Shown here: positions 26,902-36,305 of the stretch, piece after piece
How positions within the stretch are numbered: the first letter of the stretch is position 1
Layout: each line of letters begins with the position of its first letter
The notes under the pieces: generated by a model
Database searches by the model: none
Told to the model about the DNA's origin: nothing
The model's input: the letters and a program-made list of their open reading frames with translations, nothing else
DNA from: Terrimicrobiaceae bacterium
GTDB lineage: Bacteria; Verrucomicrobiota; Verrucomicrobiia; Chthoniobacterales; Terrimicrobiaceae
Reading direction: 5' to 3'
DNA: 48,893 bases
Assembly: GCA_044342325.1 (NCBI GenBank)
Contig: JBIIPZ010000023.1
Coordinates: forward strand, 1 to 48,893
Translations under genes and position numbers: made by a program

Positions 26902-27576
26902 ATGATTCCCTTTCGCAATCTTGCCGAGACACGGACGCCGGACGGTGCTCGCTTTTCCCTTCATGAACACGACGGGGAATATTTTCTCAAACTCAATGGC
27001 CGACAGCTCATGGGCTCGAACTCCACGGTTTCGGAGCTCCTTCTGGCCGATGTAGCCTGCAAATTCCGCTACCCAGTTGATCGTCCAAGCGTCCTTATCG
27101 GAGGTCTGGGCCTGGGATTCAGCTTGCGGCGCGTTCTAGAAATTGCCGGCCCAAATTCTTTTGCACAGGTTTCCGAACTGCTGCCGGAGGTTGTGGACTG
27201 GAACCGTGAGTTTCTACAAGACCTCAACGGCAAGCTGCTCAATGATCGCCGCGTCGAAGTCCTGACCCGTGACGTCTTCGATTGCATCAAAAACGGACCA
27301 GGGAGCTACGATGCCATCCTCCTTGATGTCGATAATGGCCCCACTTCATTCGTTCAGGCAAAAAACTCGCGCCTCTACAACGGCAAAGGCCTCGCGCTGA
27401 TTCGGCGAGCCCTCCGACCGGGTGGGCGAGTCGCTTTCTGGTCAGCGGACCGGGAGCCCATGTTTCTGACCAGCCTGTCACGCGCAGGTTTTCGAACAGA
27501 GGAGCACGAGGCCAAGTCAAACGAGCGCGCCAAACGCGCAGCCCACCGCATCTACGTCGGCGAAGTCGCTGGATAA
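26902..27576 (+). CDS. Spermidine-synthase-like SAM-dependent methyltransferase
   Basis: VLIGGLGLGFSLR, ELLPEVVDWNR, YDAILLDVDNGP, LRPGG..WSA. ATG 26902 preferred. Confidence 0.82.
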   Translation: MIPFRNLAETRTPDGARFSLHEHDGEYFLKLNGRQLMGSNSTVSELLLADVACKFRYPVDRPSVLIGGLGLGFSLRRVLEIAGPNSFAQVSELLPEVVDWNREFLQDLNGKLLNDRRVEVLTRDVFDCIKNGPGSYDAILLDVDNGPTSFVQAKNSRLYNGKGLALIRRALRPGGRVAFWSADREPMFLTSLSRAGFRTEEHEAKSNERAKRAAHRIYVGEVAG

Positions 27577-27602
27577 ACGCCTTTTTTTCAATATTTAAAA
27601 AG

Positions 27603-28790
27603 TTATAAGCCGCTTTTTAGCTTATACTTTTTTGTTATAAAATGCCCAATCCCTCCTAGCAAAAGGAGCATGGCAACGACGATGGTCTGAGCTTCTGGAA
27701 CTGTCGTAATTTCTCCAGTGCTGGATATGAACGCGTTGCCGATGAAACTATTTCCGAAGTCGCTGTAGAACGAAATTTGTTGCAACTGAGCGTCGCTAAG
27801 ACCTTGTGAGTCGGTTCCGAAGTAGATGTGGTTCGTGTCGCTGAAATCCCAGTTCCAGATCGAGAGGCTTGTGTTTTTGGCCCAGCCTTCCTGCAAGTAA
27901 CTGGAATCGAAATATAAGGAATTGTTTGATCCTTGTAGTTCCCTGACATCAATCACGGAGTTTCCAGTGAGGGTCAGGGCGCCGACATGCTCAGTGATGT
28001 CTTTTCCACTTAACTGAAGTTGGGCATTACCCATGACAATATTCGCTTTATCGTTCATGGTCTCTGATGCCGCGATGAGCAGTGAACCTCCTTGCACATC
28101 AATGACATTTGTCGCGCCAAGGGCGTTCGTTGCGTTGGCTTTAAGCGTGCCGGATTGGACGGTTGTTGATCCTGTGTAGGTATTATTGGCACCTAGAATG
28201 AGCATGCCACTGCCTGTCTTTGCGAAGGATTTCGTCCCTGTGATCACCGTCGAGATATCGAGCGTTGCTCCTGAGTTGAGGACATTAAAGTTCCCATCCG
28301 CATCCAGTTTTATCTGTAGTTCTCCATTGCCGGGGATCGCCTCGAATTTGAGCGTGTTCGTTTTGGCATTTTTGCCCATGAGCAAAAGATCTCCGGCTGA
28401 GCCGCCTCCAAGTGTTGCGGCGGCACTTCCAGCGGTGCCGGAGAGTGCGAGATAGCGAGTAATGCCGGTGGCCTTGAGCGAAAGACTTGCGCTGGTGTTG
28501 TTGTTCCACACTATGTCGCCGAAGTTTAGGGACCCCGTGCTGGTGATGGTGCTGTTGCCTATATTGAAAACAGCTGAATCGCTGGAATTCGGGATATTCT
28601 GTGTGCTCCAGCTTTTTTTATCATTGAGGTCGCCTGAGCCCAAGTAATTGACTATTCCAGATTGTGTTGCCTGAGGCGCCCAAAAAGAGACGCCAACAAA
28701 AATGGCAACCAGCAACCGAAACCAGCCGCAGCATTTAGCAATACCCGGCCCTTCCTCGTTCCGGGAGGACGAGGAATCATATGTTTTCAT
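27603..28790 (-). CDS. PEP-CTERM surface protein with autotransporter-associated beta-strand repeat
   Basis: KTGSGMLILGANNTYTGSTTVQSGTL repeat; Gly/Asn/Ser/Thr-rich; C-terminal TVPEAQT, TM helix and Lys-rich tail. Start uncertain (ATG 28790). Confidence 0.85.
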   Translation of the reverse strand: MKTYDSSSSRNEEGPGIAKCCGWFRLLVAIFVGVSFWAPQATQSGIVNYLGSGDLNDKKSWSTQNIPNSSDSAVFNIGNSTITSTGSLNFGDIVWNNNTSASLSLKATGITRYLALSGTAGSAAATLGGGSAGDLLLMGKNAKTNTLKFEAIPGNGELQIKLDADGNFNVLNSGATLDISTVITGTKSFAKTGSGMLILGANNTYTGSTTVQSGTLKANATNALGATNVIDVQGGSLLIAASETMNDKANIVMGNAQLQLSGKDITEHVGALTLTGNSVIDVRELQGSNNSLYFDSSYLQEGWAKNTSLSIWNWDFSDTNHIYFGTDSQGLSDAQLQQISFYSDFGNSFIGNAFISSTGEITTVPEAQTIVVAMLLLLGGIGHFITKKYKLKSGL

Positions 28791-28972
28791 GTGGCCCGAA
28801 ACATCGATGCCCTCATTCCCGAAAACTATGGGGAGTCCACCGCACGGCTCCACCGGAGACTGAACATCGATGGCATTAAAAATGCACACCCTCGCTCCGA
28901 GGGGGAGGCGATGCGGGTTTTGCCATGGGTGGTTCGGTGTGGTATCCCATGCGGAACTAAAATTCTCGTATT

Positions 28973-30370
28973 TTGAAAACTGTCATCCATTGGTTCCGCC
29001 GCGACCTTCGCCTCACGGACAACACCGCTCTTCACGCTGCTGCTTCTACGGGCGCGCAGGTTGTTCCAGTTTATATTTTGAGCGATTGGAAAAAAAACCA
29101 TCGTTGGACTGGTCCGAACCGCCAGCATTTCCTTTGTGGATGCCTGCGCTCGCTGGATGCCAATCTTCAGGCTGTTGGTTCCCGCCTGATCCTTCGTCAG
29201 GGGGAGGCACTGGCAGAGTTGGAAAAACTCGCTGTGGAAACCCAGGCCGAGGCGATTTTTTTCAATCGCGACCCGGATCCCTACGGGCGTGCCGTGGAAG
29301 GGAAATTGGAACAACTCGGAGAGCGCTTGGGTATCGCGATCAAGCCGTTTAAGGATGTCGCCATTCACGAGCGGCGCGAGGTTTTAACGGGCTCTGGCGA
29401 TACCTTTCGCGTTTTCACTCCTTATTCGAAAGCTTGGGAAAAGTTGCCCAAGCCACCTGTCGTTCCACGCATCAAGTCGCTGGCCACGCCTGCGGGATTG
29501 GCTTCACTGCCGCTGCCCGACAATTCCTTTTGGGATTTGCCGCCTGCCGCCGACGGGGTTCTGGAGGCGGGCGAAAAGGCGGCGCGTGCCCGCATGAAGG
29601 CGTTTCTGGACGGCGGCCTTTCTCGCTATGGCGAAACGCGCGACCTGCCGGCTGGTGGGGGCACATCCCGCCTCTCACAGGATCTCCGTTATGGCCTGCT
29701 CTCGATTCGTGAATTGCATCAGGAGTGCCTGAGAAAAGCTGATTCGCTCGATGCCAAGGGTCGCGGCAGCGCGATGAAATACATCGCCGAGCTCGTCTGG
29801 CGCGAATTCTACATGCAGATTCTCTGGAATTACCCCGAGGTGCTGGAGTTGGAGTTCAATGCGAAATACCGTGGCATGGTCTGGCCCGGCCAGATGGCAA
29901 ATCTGGAGCGGTGGAAGAATGGCGAGACTGGGTTTCCGATTGTGGATGCCGCCATGCGCGAACTTCGCGAGACGGGATTCATGCACAACCGCACTCGAAT
30001 GATCGCCGCCATGTTTTTGACGAAGGACCTCCACCTCGATTGGCGGCATGGTGAGTCCTATTTCATGCAAACACTCACGGACGGCGAGATCGCCAGCAAC
30101 AATGGTGGTTGGCAGTGGAGCGCGGGGACGGGGGCAGATGCCGCGCCGTATTTCCGCATTCAAAACCCTTGGAGCCAGACGAAGCGTTTCGATGCCGACG
30201 GTGTTTACATCAAGCGATGGATTCCTGAACTCCGCGATGTCGATCCCGCAAAATTCCAAGACCCACCCGCACCGGGCCTGCGCCTTGCCAAGGGCTATCC
30301 CACCCCGATTGTGGATCACTCGGCTGCGAGAGACATCACTTTGGACCTGTTCAAAGCCATGCGGCCTTAA
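28973..30370 (+). CDS. phrB: Deoxyribodipyrimidine (CPD) photolyase
   Basis: WFRRDLRLTDN, TSRLS, ELVWREFY, GETGFPIVDAAMREL..GFMHNR.RM, NNGGWQWSAGTG.DAAPYFRI.NP. TTG start. Confidence 0.93.
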   Translation: MKTVIHWFRRDLRLTDNTALHAAASTGAQVVPVYILSDWKKNHRWTGPNRQHFLCGCLRSLDANLQAVGSRLILRQGEALAELEKLAVETQAEAIFFNRDPDPYGRAVEGKLEQLGERLGIAIKPFKDVAIHERREVLTGSGDTFRVFTPYSKAWEKLPKPPVVPRIKSLATPAGLASLPLPDNSFWDLPPAADGVLEAGEKAARARMKAFLDGGLSRYGETRDLPAGGGTSRLSQDLRYGLLSIRELHQECLRKADSLDAKGRGSAMKYIAELVWREFYMQILWNYPEVLELEFNAKYRGMVWPGQMANLERWKNGETGFPIVDAAMRELRETGFMHNRTRMIAAMFLTKDLHLDWRHGESYFMQTLTDGEIASNNGGWQWSAGTGADAAPYFRIQNPWSQTKRFDADGVYIKRWIPELRDVDPAKFQDPPAPGLRLAKGYPTPIVDHSAARDITLDLFKAMRP

Positions 30371-30376
30371 TTCGGG

Positions 30377-32896
30377 ATGTCTCAGGCACTGCCCATCTAC
30401 GATCTCGATGAGGAAATCGTTTCCGCCCTCACGCGTGGGAATCGGCTCATTTTGCAAGCTCCAACGGGATCTGGAAAATCCACTCAGGTTCCTCAGATTC
30501 TCCTCGATGGCGGGATTCTTGGTGCTGGGCGTTGCGTGATCCTTCAACCCCGCCGTCTGGCTGCCCGCATGCTGGCCACCCGCGTGGCCTCCGAGCGCTC
30601 GGTGCGACTTGGCGGCGAGGTGGGCTATCAAATCCGCCTCGATAATGTTTCCTCGAAGGAAACGAAAATCCTGTTCGTCACCGAAGGCATTCTTCTTCGT
30701 CAGATGCTGGCCGACCCGCAACTGCGGGGCATTTCCACCTTGGTCTTCGATGAATTCCACGAGCGGCACCTCTACGGCGACATCACGCTCGCGAGGGCGT
30801 TGGATCTCCAAGATACGGTCCGGCCTGACCTGAAAATCGTCGTTATGTCGGCAACGCTCGACGGTGCCGAATTGCAGGAATACCTCAAACCCGCCGAAAT
30901 CCTAACCTCCGAGGGGCGCATGTTCCCCGTCGAGATCAGTCATCTCTCGCACGACCCAAAAGACGAGCCGGTTTGGGAAACAGCGACGGATGCAGTCGCC
31001 GAGCACTTTGAAAGCACCGATGGCGATGTGCTGGTCTTCATGCCCGGGGCCTATGAAATCCAACGCACCATCCGCGAGTTGCAGGGGCGGCTTGGAGGGC
31101 GTTGCGCCGTTCTGCCGCTGCATGGAGAACTCCCCGCCGCCGAGCAAGACCGTGCGGTGAACCGCTCGCAAGGCCGAAAGGTCATTGTTTCCACCAATGT
31201 CGCCGAGACATCGCTGACGATCGATGGCGTGACGCTCGTCGTGGACTCCGGTCTCGCACGGGTGGCCCGCTACGACCCGAATCGCGGCATCAATACGCTT
31301 CTCATCGAAAAAATCAGCGCCGCCTCCGCAGCCCAGCGGGCAGGCCGCGCAGGCCGCACCGCGCCTGGACTCTGCGTGCGCCTCTGGACCGAGCGTGACC
31401 ACACACGCCGCCCTCTACGCGAACTCTCCGAAATCAAACGCCTCGACCTCGCCGAAACCCTCCTGAGCCTAAAGGCCGCCGGGGTGGGGGATTTACAGTC
31501 ATTCCGCTGGATCGAGCCACCCGAAGCCCAAGCGCTTGACCGCGCGGAGACACTCCTTCGCGATTTAGGCGCTCTGGATTCTGTTGGTGACATCACCGCC
31601 ATCGGACGCCAGATGTTGAATTTCCCGGTTCATCCCCGCTATGCCCGCATGTTCATCGCCGCCGAGGAACTTGGCTGTGTGCGTTCAGCGGCCCTCATCG
31701 CTGCGATCACTCAGACCCGCTCGATGTTGCTGAGGGTGGATAAAAAAATAGAGGACGAACGCGCGGAAATCTTCAGTGGTGGCACTTCCGACTTCCTTGT
31801 TCTTATGCGTGTCTTCGAGTGGGCACGGTCGCGGGATTTTCGAATGAATGAATGCCGCACTCTTGGCATTCACTCCGACTCCGCCCGGCAGGTGGCGAAG
31901 CTCTTCGAGCAGTTCCTCGACATCGCTCACGCCGAGGCTCTGCTTCTTGAGGATACACCTCCCAATGACTCTGATATCGCCAAATGCGTGCTGGCTGGTT
32001 TTGCGGATCAGGTGGCCGTGCGCCGTGGCACAGGAACGCTCGTCTGCGATATCGTTCATGGCCGCAGGGGGCTTCTTTCGCGGCAGAGTGTGGCAAGCGG
32101 GAGTTCCCTCCTCGTCGCCGCCGAGATTGCTGAAATCGAGGGGCGTGACGGCGATGCTCGCGTCCTTCTCAGCCTCGCCACGGAAATCCAAGAAGCCTGG
32201 CTCCGCGAAATGTTCCCGCAGGATTTCTCAGAGAAGGCGGATCATTTTTTCGATAAAAGCCAGAACCGCGTTGTGGTGCGGCGTGCGAAGGTTTTTCGCG
32301 ATCTGATCCTTGAGAACCGTGATCGCGACGCCGAACCAGGCCCGGAGGCGTCCTCATGTCTTGCTCAGGAGGTTCTGGATGGAAATTTGCGCCTCAATGC
32401 CTGGGATGACGCCGTCGAGCAGTGGCTCCACCGCATCAATTTCCTCACGCGTCTTTGTCCCGAACAAAACCTCCCCGTCATGGGCGAGGACGAGCGGCAT
32501 CATATCATCCTCTTGGTTTGTGATGGTGCGGTTTGCTACCGCGACATCAAAGACGCGTCTGTCCTGCCCCATGCGAAATCACTCCTCACTTGGGAGCAGC
32601 AGCAATTCGTCGAAAAACACGCCCCCGAGCGGATCGAACTTCCCGGTGGACGCCGAGCGAAGGTGACTTATGCCGAGACGGCGGATCCGTTCCTCTCGGC
32701 CAGAATCCAAGATTTTTACGGAGTCACAGACGATATCAAAATCGCACTCGGCCGCCATGCGCTCACTCTGAACATCTTGGCTCCGAGTCACCGTCCGGTG
32801 CAGGTGACGCGCAGCCTCAAATCCTTTTGGACTGAAACCTACCCCGGGCTGAAACAGCAACTCCAGCGCCAGTATCCGAAGCACGAGTGGCGGTGA
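30377..32896 (+). CDS. hrpB: ATP-dependent RNA helicase HrpB
   Basis: APTGSGKST, QPRRLAAR, DEFHER, MSATL, STNVAETSLTIDGV, QRAGRAGR, C-terminal RPVQVT.SL.SFW...YPKHEW. Confidence 0.95.
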   Translation: MSQALPIYDLDEEIVSALTRGNRLILQAPTGSGKSTQVPQILLDGGILGAGRCVILQPRRLAARMLATRVASERSVRLGGEVGYQIRLDNVSSKETKILFVTEGILLRQMLADPQLRGISTLVFDEFHERHLYGDITLARALDLQDTVRPDLKIVVMSATLDGAELQEYLKPAEILTSEGRMFPVEISHLSHDPKDEPVWETATDAVAEHFESTDGDVLVFMPGAYEIQRTIRELQGRLGGRCAVLPLHGELPAAEQDRAVNRSQGRKVIVSTNVAETSLTIDGVTLVVDSGLARVARYDPNRGINTLLIEKISAASAAQRAGRAGRTAPGLCVRLWTERDHTRRPLRELSEIKRLDLAETLLSLKAAGVGDLQSFRWIEPPEAQALDRAETLLRDLGALDSVGDITAIGRQMLNFPVHPRYARMFIAAEELGCVRSAALIAAITQTRSMLLRVDKKIEDERAEIFSGGTSDFLVLMRVFEWARSRDFRMNECRTLGIHSDSARQVAKLFEQFLDIAHAEALLLEDTPPNDSDIAKCVLAGFADQVAVRRGTGTLVCDIVHGRRGLLSRQSVASGSSLLVAAEIAEIEGRDGDARVLLSLATEIQEAWLREMFPQDFSEKADHFFDKSQNRVVVRRAKVFRDLILENRDRDAEPGPEASSCLAQEVLDGNLRLNAWDDAVEQWLHRINFLTRLCPEQNLPVMGEDERHHIILLVCDGAVCYRDIKDASVLPHAKSLLTWEQQQFVEKHAPERIELPGGRRAKVTYAETADPFLSARIQDFYGVTDDIKIALGRHALTLNILAPSHRPVQVTRSLKSFWTETYPGLKQQLQRQYPKHEWR

Positions 32897-32962
32897 GGCC
32901 AGTTACCGATCAGACTTTGACTGGTCGCCATGACTCCCGCGCCGCTGGATTCGATGAGGGTT
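32883..32962. repeat. Left copy of a diverged direct repeat flanking the rpn cassette
   Basis: 32883-32947 aligns ungapped to 34176-34240 (about 10 mismatches in 65 by hand). 32948-32962 equals 34277-34291. Confidence 0.88.
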
Positions 32963-33167
32963 TCATGCTCTGGCAGACTTGGAAGCACGATCACTCTGAA
33001 GGATAATTAAACCGACAAAACGCCAGCGCACTCTATTGTTCAAGTTAAGATAATTATTTTAATTCGGTCCAAGATTATACCGCCTTGCGTGACAAATTTG
33101 ACACAAAGGGAATTTTCTTTGCCCAGCGGGCTTGCGCCCACCAAAGCCCGTGCGTAGTCTTGCTGAA

Positions 33168-34043
33168 ATGCGCTACTTGGATCCCAAGAACGACCTGACC
33201 TTCAAGAAGGTGTTTGGTCAGCATCCGCATCTTCTTAAGAGTTTTCTCAACGCGCTGCTGCCTCTGGAGCCTGATGCCCAGATTGAGGAATTGGAGTATC
33301 TCCCCAGCGAGTTGGTCCCCGAAGTTCCAGAGGTGCGCAACAGCATCGTGGATGTGCGCTGTGTGGATCAGAAAAAACGCCAATTCATCGTCGAGATGCA
33401 GATGCTTTGGACCGATAGCTTCATGAACCGGGTGTTATTCAACGCGTCGAAGGCGTATGTGAAGCAATTGAAGACCGGTCAAGAATACCACCTGCTCCAG
33501 CCCGTCTATTCACTCAACCTTGTCGATGACACATTCATCAAGGACAGTCCCGAGTGGTATCATCACTATCGGATTGTTCACGCCCTCGATACAGACCGCC
33601 AGATCGAGGGGCTGGAATTCGTCTTTGTCGAGTTGCCGAAGTTTCGGCCGCAAACGATGCCCGAGAAGCGTCTTCAAGTCCTTTGGCTGCGGTATCTCAC
33701 CGAAGTCGGTGAGAAGTCAACGGAGGTTTCCACCGACCTACTCGCACAGCAGGAAGTGCGCGAGGCGGTGGAGTATGTCAAGGAATCGGGATTCAGCGAG
33801 GGCGAACTGGCCACCTATGACAAATACTGGGACGGCGTGAGCGTCGAGCGCACGCTCCTCGCCGACGCCATTGCCGAGGGCAAGCTACTCGGGCAACAAG
33901 TGGCGGCTCTCAAAATGTTGCGCAAGGGATTTGGAGTTCAAGAGGTCGCCGATCTGCTTGAGATCGAGGCCGAAGAAGTTCTCCGGCTTTCGAGATTGCT
34001 CGCGGAGTTCGGCCCCGCTGCCGAAGAGCATTGCGCCATCTGA
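33168..34043 (+). CDS. Rpn-family recombination-promoting nuclease / PD-(D/E)xK putative transposase
   Basis: LDPKNDLTFKKVFG, FLNALLPL, SIVDVRC..FIVEMQM, RVLFNASKAY, FVELPKF, C-terminal HTH-like tail. ATG 33168. Confidence 0.9.
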   Translation: MRYLDPKNDLTFKKVFGQHPHLLKSFLNALLPLEPDAQIEELEYLPSELVPEVPEVRNSIVDVRCVDQKKRQFIVEMQMLWTDSFMNRVLFNASKAYVKQLKTGQEYHLLQPVYSLNLVDDTFIKDSPEWYHHYRIVHALDTDRQIEGLEFVFVELPKFRPQTMPEKRLQVLWLRYLTEVGEKSTEVSTDLLAQQEVREAVEYVKESGFSEGELATYDKYWDGVSVERTLLADAIAEGKLLGQQVAALKMLRKGFGVQEVADLLEIEAEEVLRLSRLLAEFGPAAEEHCAI

Positions 34044-34175
34044 GAATCGAAAGTATTCCCAAAAGCCAAGTAGTCAGAATTCTAATCAACTGGAGCTGTT
34101 TAACCTATAGACGGACAGTGGTGTTATGCTTTATGATTTTCAAGTCGCAAAATAGACAAGCGCTCCCGAGTAGTG

Positions 34176-34291
34176 ACGAGTGGCGGTAAGATCAGTTGCC
34201 GAGCAGGCTTTGGTTTGCCGCCATGACTCCCGCGCCGCTGAGCAGCAGAAATTGCGTCATGCTAACGGGGCCGCTGGATTCGATGAGGGTT
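34176..34291. repeat. Right copy of the direct repeat (hrpB 3'-end remnant plus 3' end of the convergent gene)
   Basis: ACGAGTGGCGGTAA mirrors the hrpB end ACGAGTGGCGGTGA and continues into the real 3' end of the minus-strand gene. Confidence 0.85.
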
Positions 34292-35844
34292 CCCTCGGTG
34301 GTGCGCTTTTGCGAAAGCACGATCGGGGGGAGGTGCTTGGCGATGGTCTCAGCCTTCGGCAGTTTAGAAACATCGATGCGTTTTTTCAAATCCGGCATCA
34401 TGGCTGCTCCAAAACGAATGACCGGCACGAAGGAGTTGTAGACTCGGGTGAACACCGTGCGTGTGTCGATGTAGCAAAAGGCCTCATTAGCGGATTGGAA
34501 TGCAGAGACAGCGTCTTTAAAATCCGGCGCGTCCCGCAGCGTGCTTCCGCTGGTTTTGATCTCCCCGGCTTGGACCAATGCGTCCGGGTTCATTCCAAGC
34601 AGGAGGAATCCATTGCGCTGCGCCACCGACAATGAGGTGTAGCCAGTCGGGAATGAGTAAACGGTATTTCCATTCAAATCCTGACGGATTGCGCCCGGCA
34701 GGTTGCCGAGCGTTTGCGCCAGAAAATCGCTCGAGCGCGCCTCATCCTTGACCGTCACGGCCAGCAGAGGTGTCGGCGTCATGTTGCCATCTGGCCAGTT
34801 TGCGACGAGTGCGCACTCGGGGCCGTAGATTTCCGCCGCTGCTTCAGCCAAGGGCCCAGCAAGCACGCCGATTCTTGGATACGCCTCGGAGAGTCCTTCC
34901 ACCAAACTCGGCAACGCTGCGAAATTCAGAACAAAATCAAAAAACACCGTCGTATCCTTGGAGGTAAGCGCCATGGCGGGATGGGCCAGCTTGGGCAGTG
35001 AATCCGGGCGCGATGGACGCAGCACAAAAATGGCATCGCGCTGAAGGCGTCCATCGATTTTGAGGATGCCGCCGACAGCTTCGGCTGACTTGAGTTCCTC
35101 GATCTGCGAAGGGATTTGGTTCGCGCCGACCGATCGGCCAACGGAGAGCAGAGAATCCACCGCTTTTTCAGGCTCGAAGAAAAACAGCAACTCCGGATCT
35201 GCTGGGAGTTGGGCAATGACTTTCACAAAGCGTGGATTCGTCTTCAGGGAAGTCAGCGGCGAATTCCCGGTTGCCCGGTCGAGAGCGATTTTTATTTGCT
35301 CCAGATTCGTGGAGAGGAATCCCCATCGCCCAGCGGCAGCGGTGTGAAGTGTGAGATCGCCGTGGCGTGTCGCAAGAATCTCAAGGCCGTTGTGGGATTG
35401 CTTCTCAGGCGTCTGGTCGGGGGCAGGCAGTTCTTTTCGCAGACGGGCTATCGCATTGTCGTAGTCCTTGCGGTTTCCCCAGAATTGGAAGCCGAGCAAA
35501 GCTTGGGCGTCGCCGGCTTCAGAATGCGTTGCAGCGAGGAAAATATTCCCGGGCTTGAGTCCGACCAGCACCCCACTGGCCTCGCCGGTGGATGGCGATT
35601 CCTTCAGGTTTTTCAGCGGCAGCTCGAGAAAGGCCTGCATCTCCGGATCGGCCGCGATTTGTGCCAGCGCTGTCCCGATCCACCGAAAACCGGTCTGGGG
35701 GATGTTCGGGATGTTTACAAAAACAACGGTGTCCTCTGGGGCCAAGGCTGCAGCCTGAGACTCGCCTCCGGAGCGTTTGAAAAACACAACGCCGCCAAGG
35801 ATCAGGAGGGCCACAATGACAAGGCCGATGGTGATTTTTTTCAT
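34192..35844 (-). CDS. Membrane-anchored hypothetical protein (about 550 aa)
   Basis: MKKITIGLVIVALLILGGVVFF anchor, then AAALAPEDTVVFV (start reminiscent of DUF3352-like proteins). Long clean ORF. Confidence 0.75.
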   Translation of the reverse strand: MKKITIGLVIVALLILGGVVFFKRSGGESQAAALAPEDTVVFVNIPNIPQTGFRWIGTALAQIAADPEMQAFLELPLKNLKESPSTGEASGVLVGLKPGNIFLAATHSEAGDAQALLGFQFWGNRKDYDNAIARLRKELPAPDQTPEKQSHNGLEILATRHGDLTLHTAAAGRWGFLSTNLEQIKIALDRATGNSPLTSLKTNPRFVKVIAQLPADPELLFFFEPEKAVDSLLSVGRSVGANQIPSQIEELKSAEAVGGILKIDGRLQRDAIFVLRPSRPDSLPKLAHPAMALTSKDTTVFFDFVLNFAALPSLVEGLSEAYPRIGVLAGPLAEAAAEIYGPECALVANWPDGNMTPTPLLAVTVKDEARSSDFLAQTLGNLPGAIRQDLNGNTVYSFPTGYTSLSVAQRNGFLLLGMNPDALVQAGEIKTSGSTLRDAPDFKDAVSAFQSANEAFCYIDTRTVFTRVYNSFVPVIRFGAAMMPDLKKRIDVSKLPKAETIAKHLPPIVLSQKRTTEGTLIESSGPVSMTQFLLLSGAGVMAANQSLLGN

Positions 35845-35907
35845 GGGGTGTTCAACTAAGCCCAAATTCATTGACACGGCAAGGCGCTGGAAACAGAGTT
35901 CCCACCT

Positions 35908-36183
35908 ATGGATACCACAAAATTCAACAAATACCTCCAACCCGCCCGCGATAGTTACAACCGGGAAAATCTCCGCCTTCTTTCAGATGTTTGCCTTTAT
36001 CTTGGCTTTATATCGATCATTGCCTCAGTGGCCACATGGTTCACCGCAGCCCGCGAGAACCGCGCCTACGGCGAGCGTTTCGGCATTTTCATCGGCCTTT
36101 GGGTTCCGAGCTTCTTCATTCTTTCAAACCGTCTCAGCCGTAAAGCCGACGAGTTGGTGGAAGTAGTTTTAGAGGACGAATAA
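35908..36183 (+). CDS. Small membrane protein
   Basis: 91 aa, two hydrophobic segments, ERFGIFIGLWVPSFF, followed by an intrinsic terminator. Confidence 0.75.
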   Translation: MDTTKFNKYLQPARDSYNRENLRLLSDVCLYLGFISIIASVATWFTAARENRAYGERFGIFIGLWVPSFFILSNRLSRKADELVEVVLEDE

Positions 36184-36206
36184 AAATCACACACGCCTTG
36201 AACATG

Positions 36207-36239
36207 AAAGCGAACCGGCGACCCCGGTTCGCTTTTTTT
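36207..36239 (+). terminator. Rho-independent terminator
   Basis: AAAGCGAACCGG-CGACC-CCGGTTCGCTTT followed by a T-run. Confidence 0.85.
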
Positions 36240-36305
36240 GTCGAAAAACAAAAAAATGGCTCACCCCGCTTGAATTCAATTGAAGCGGATGTATTTTTTG
36301 CCCGC

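Noticed and set aside
28973..30370. Cryptochrome-DASH or (6-4) photolyase
   Set aside because: The WQWSAGTG.DAAPYFRI.NP C-terminal motif fits ordinary CPD photolyases.
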